A stretch of DNA of 64,000 nucleotides. It comes from an uncultured archaeon. GTDB lineage: Archaea > Thermoplasmatota > Thermoplasmata > Thermoplasmatales > Thermoplasmataceae. Positions 61,240 through 64,000 of this stretch are shown piece after piece (positions within the stretch are counted from its first letter, which is position 1; each line of letters begins with the position of its first letter). Where the stretch lies: positions 1,760,001-1,824,000 of the forward strand of contig CP009479.1 in NCBI GenBank assembly GCA_000965745.1, in the 5' to 3' direction. Under the pieces are notes generated by a model. That model searched no databases, was not told where the DNA came from, and saw only the letters and a list, made by a program, of their open reading frames with translations. Position numbers and translations under genes: made by a program.

Positions 61240-61312
61240 TTTACATCCTATCAACCACACATTCTTTTTACCGGAAAAAAATAATGAGCCGGCAAAAGAG
61301 GTTTGAAGAAAA

Positions 61313-62461
61313 TTATCTTCTTATGAGGAACATTCTGAATATTTCAGGATCCATTCCGTGCTCATGGGAGAATCCTTCAATCATCAGTTTTGAGAGCTCT
61401 TTTTCATTTGACAGTATCAGGTTTGGCGGAAGGTAATAGAATGCGCCTTTCCATGAGATAAATCCCTGGATCAGCCTCACAAGCTGAGCTAAATCAGAAT
61501 TGTTCAGCTTACTCACCTGGAAGAGATATCCTTCTTTGAGGCTGTCACCGCTCTGTTCATACATCTTGAGCATCTCAAGCATCTGGTTTTCCATTATTTG
61601 GCCCATTCCCGGTTCCTTGGACCGGTCTGACATTCTCCACATCTTGAAGGCCTCTATGTTATTGATCAGGGTCCACATTTCTGATGTGCCCATCCGTGCT
61701 ACCTCTCTGGTTATTGTAGAGAACCTTTCCTTCCTGGTCAGGTTGTCGATCACCTGCGGAATTTCATCCTTGGAGAAAACCATGTTGGAGTTTTCAGATA
61801 CTTTCTGGATAATTTCGTCCTTTTCTGCACCCTCCAGTATGTAGTCGAGTATTATTGCCCTTGAGTTTTCCTCCGCTTCATCTATTGCTTCCAGCAGCTC
61901 ACCCTCTCCCATCACCTGAAGCTTCGTAAATTCGTCAGAAGAGTCCACGAGCCCTTGACGCTCAAATTCCCTGGAAAGTTTCACGGTGTCGAACATTACG
62001 CCTTGCTCCCGCCTCTCCCGCATTGCAATAGAGATCTGCTCTTCACGGACAATCCGGTTGAGTTCATAATTGAAGTAGTCGTATCGTGAAAGAAGCTGGT
62101 TCATGTTAACTGAGTTGACAGACGGTATAGGAACAGGGCAGTCAAGCGAATATTCACTCCAGTCCCTGATTTCCGAAAGTTTTCTGCTTTCCTTGAGCAT
62201 CTGCAGAATTTTCTCCTTCGATTCTGCCTTAACAGTGTAGAGAAGCTCCTCAATCTGTTCCTCCTCTGCCATATGTTCCATGGATGCCTTCTCCATGTCA
62301 GATTTGATCATATGTGGCGGGTATTCGTACGGAACACAATTCGAAAAATAACTCATAGTCTTGAACCTGTGCAGGATATAATTCCTGGATTTTTCATCCA
62401 TATGCATGTATTCGCCTCCGCTCTGTTTTGAACGCTGTCTCTTTTCCAGTTGAATCACCAA
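61313..62461 (-). CDS. Hypothetical acidic alpha-helical protein
   Basis: Long ORF rich in E/M/K/R; no recognised motif. Confidence 0.7.
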   Translation of the reverse strand: MVIQLEKRQRSKQSGGEYMHMDEKSRNYILHRFKTMSYFSNCVPYEYPPHMIKSDMEKASMEHMAEEEQIEELLYTVKAESKEKILQMLKESRKLSEIRDWSEYSLDCPVPIPSVNSVNMNQLLSRYDYFNYELNRIVREEQISIAMRERREQGVMFDTVKLSREFERQGLVDSSDEFTKLQVMGEGELLEAIDEAEENSRAIILDYILEGAEKDEIIQKVSENSNMVFSKDEIPQVIDNLTRKERFSTITREVARMGTSEMWTLINNIEAFKMWRMSDRSKEPGMGQIMENQMLEMLKMYEQSGDSLKEGYLFQVSKLNNSDLAQLVRLIQGFISWKGAFYYLPPNLILSNEKELSKLMIEGFSHEHGMDPEIFRMFLIRR

Positions 62462-62595
62462 ACAGATTGTTGTTGTGATATTGTAGCCTAAGGGTGTTGT
62501 ATGCTATACCAGTAAAAAAATGGGCATAAAGTGACGCGAATCAAAAATATGAATAAATTATACTTTTGCTGAAGTGGGAAAAGAATATTGGGAAT

Positions 62596-63339
62596 TCAGA
62601 GATTTATGTAGAATTGAAGTCTTTCCAGCATCTTTCTTCCCCTGTCTGTCATTTCGTATCTTTTGCCTATTGAGCTGTACTCGACTATCTTGAGAAGGTC
62701 CTTTGAAATCATTTCATTCAGCAGATTTTTTGCAGATTTGTAATTGAGGTTGCATTTGTATATAAGCTGCGTAATGCTCGCGCTCTTCATGTAGAGGACA
62801 CTTTCAAGGACATCCTGGATGATCTTGGTTCTGTCCCTGTTCTTTCTCCTGAATATTTTGGGCTTTTCTGAAAAGATTTCGTCATTGGCATTTCTCCTCA
62901 CCGTCTCCGTTACATCATAGAAAGCGTTGTGGAAGCGGTCCGATATCAATCTTCCATTCTGAAACTGCCCGACGTTGATGACTTTGAGGTGTGACATTTC
63001 AGAAAGTATCCTGTCCTTTGGTTCCATGGGAAAGTCTGTCAATACATAACTCAGGTTTGCAGAAACATCGTCCGACTTGACTTTGTGCAGCATGATCTTA
63101 CTGGCCTTGTTTTCATCGGTGGACCTTAGAAAAAGAATCGGGGCAAGCGCCTTGTTCGTTTCTGATTCCATCACGAGGTCAAAGTAGTGGAGAATCTGAG
63201 ATTTTCCCCTTATTGTACCCCTGAAAACTATCCTCCACTCCGTTGGATCTATCCCGAGAATTTCGGACATTCTTGTGGCAGTCTCGGGATCATCATTATT
63301 TAATTCGCTTTTAAAAGCTACAATGGCTGTCATATACAC
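62596..63339 (-). CDS. Regulator: restriction-endonuclease-fold-like N-domain plus C-terminal HTH_45 winged helix
   Basis: GKSQILHYFDL; RDRTKIIQDVL...ITQLIYKCNLNY...YEMTDRGR. Confidence 0.75.
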   Translation of the reverse strand: MYMTAIVAFKSELNNDDPETATRMSEILGIDPTEWRIVFRGTIRGKSQILHYFDLVMESETNKALAPILFLRSTDENKASKIMLHKVKSDDVSANLSYVLTDFPMEPKDRILSEMSHLKVINVGQFQNGRLISDRFHNAFYDVTETVRRNANDEIFSEKPKIFRRKNRDRTKIIQDVLESVLYMKSASITQLIYKCNLNYKSAKNLLNEMISKDLLKIVEYSSIGKRYEMTDRGRKMLERLQFYINL

Positions 63340-63527
63340 TCCCCAGTGATTTAAAGCCTTCCAGCGAAGGGTTCATTTATAACACAAATTCCGGGGATAT
63401 AAACGTATTGGTAACGCCGGAAGTAGCATACAATGTCTGACAAGCTGTTTCACAACATACCATTATCCAGCATGTCTGCCCTGTGCATCAGGGGGCAATA
63501 CTTTATATTGCCGTATATTAACAGAAT

Positions 63528-64000
63528 ATGGAACTAAAAGAACATTGGGGATCTTTTTATTCAGAAAACAAATCTGTAGATTCTTTCTTCTGCTCCCCGG
63601 GCATAGTGCCCGACAAGAAGCCTGCAATAATACTCATTCAGGAGATATGGGGAGTTGATGAGCACATACAGGACATGGCCAGGAGATATGCCAGTGCAGG
63701 ATATTTTGTTGCGGCTCCCGATCTCTATTCCAAGGGTGGCAAGGATGCTGCAAGATCACCGGGAAGGATTACAGAACTCAAGGATTTTCTGGACAGGGCC
63801 CCTATGAGTGTCATCATGAACGAGGATGAGAGGAAGAAGTTTGTTGAACGGGAAGGTCCGGACAGGGCAAGGAGGCTCGTAGAAACCATGGAGTCAATAT
63901 TCAAGGGAAGAGACATGGATGGTATGGTCAAAACGCTTAATGACACGGTATCTCTATTGAAAGGAGACATGGGTGCAACATCGGTTGGAACAGTCGGATA
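63528..64000 (+). CDS. Dienelactone hydrolase family protein, 3'-truncated by the window edge
   Basis: Manual translation PAIILIQEIWGVDEHIQDMARRYASAGYFVAAPDLY...VGTVG. Confidence 0.9.
   Translation, partial: MELKEHWGSFYSENKSVDSFFCSPGIVPDKKPAIILIQEIWGVDEHIQDMARRYASAGYFVAAPDLYSKGGKDAARSPGRITELKDFLDRAPMSVIMNEDERKKFVEREGPDRARRLVETMESIFKGRDMDGMVKTLNDTVSLLKGDMGATSVGTVG

Noticed and set aside
89-63970. Numerous short antisense or overlapping ORFs in the six-frame track (e.g. 3183..3752, 39987..40532, 52090..52614, 63725..63970)
   Set aside because: They are shadows of well-supported genes on the other strand or frame and carry no motifs.

Overview
This is archaeal DNA, most likely Thermoplasmatales: it carries a close Ta0583-type actin homologue, TATA-like promoters and a PolX-PHP gene. 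It has three zones. (1) 1-29.2 kb is a surface-glycan biosynthesis cluster: about 11 GT2/GT4 glycosyltransferases, a Wzx flippase, a DUF2079-like GT-C protein, rfbA/C/D, heptose genes gmhA/hddA, a CysD-like gene coupled to a sulfatase-fold gene, an FkbM methyltransferase, an O-acetyltransferase and a UGM-like flavoprotein. (2) 26.3-39.8 kb, overlapping the end of zone 1, is a mobile and toxin-antitoxin zone: IS481, IS3, IS256, a ~260-bp IS200/IS605 mini-element that appears to keep a TnpB guide-RNA end, a truncated Doc/Fic gene, two AbiE-like pairs, HEPN-MNT, an orphan mtnC and pseudogenes. (3) 39.9-64 kb holds the best candidate for an undescribed system. A co-oriented block encodes a ParM-like actin, an RHH-like partner, membrane proteins, a SipW-type signal peptidase and three tandem secreted fibre-like paralogues, with a fourth paralogue at 60.6 kb. 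Nearby are a catalytically degenerate PP2C, a vWA-PP2C-Ser/Thr kinase triad whose kinase has a filamin-like N-terminus, and a wHTH regulator. A TGTC-W-GACA palindrome recurs in several of these intergenic regions. I recognised no rRNA, tRNA or CRISPR array. All family calls are by motif recognition; no searches were run.
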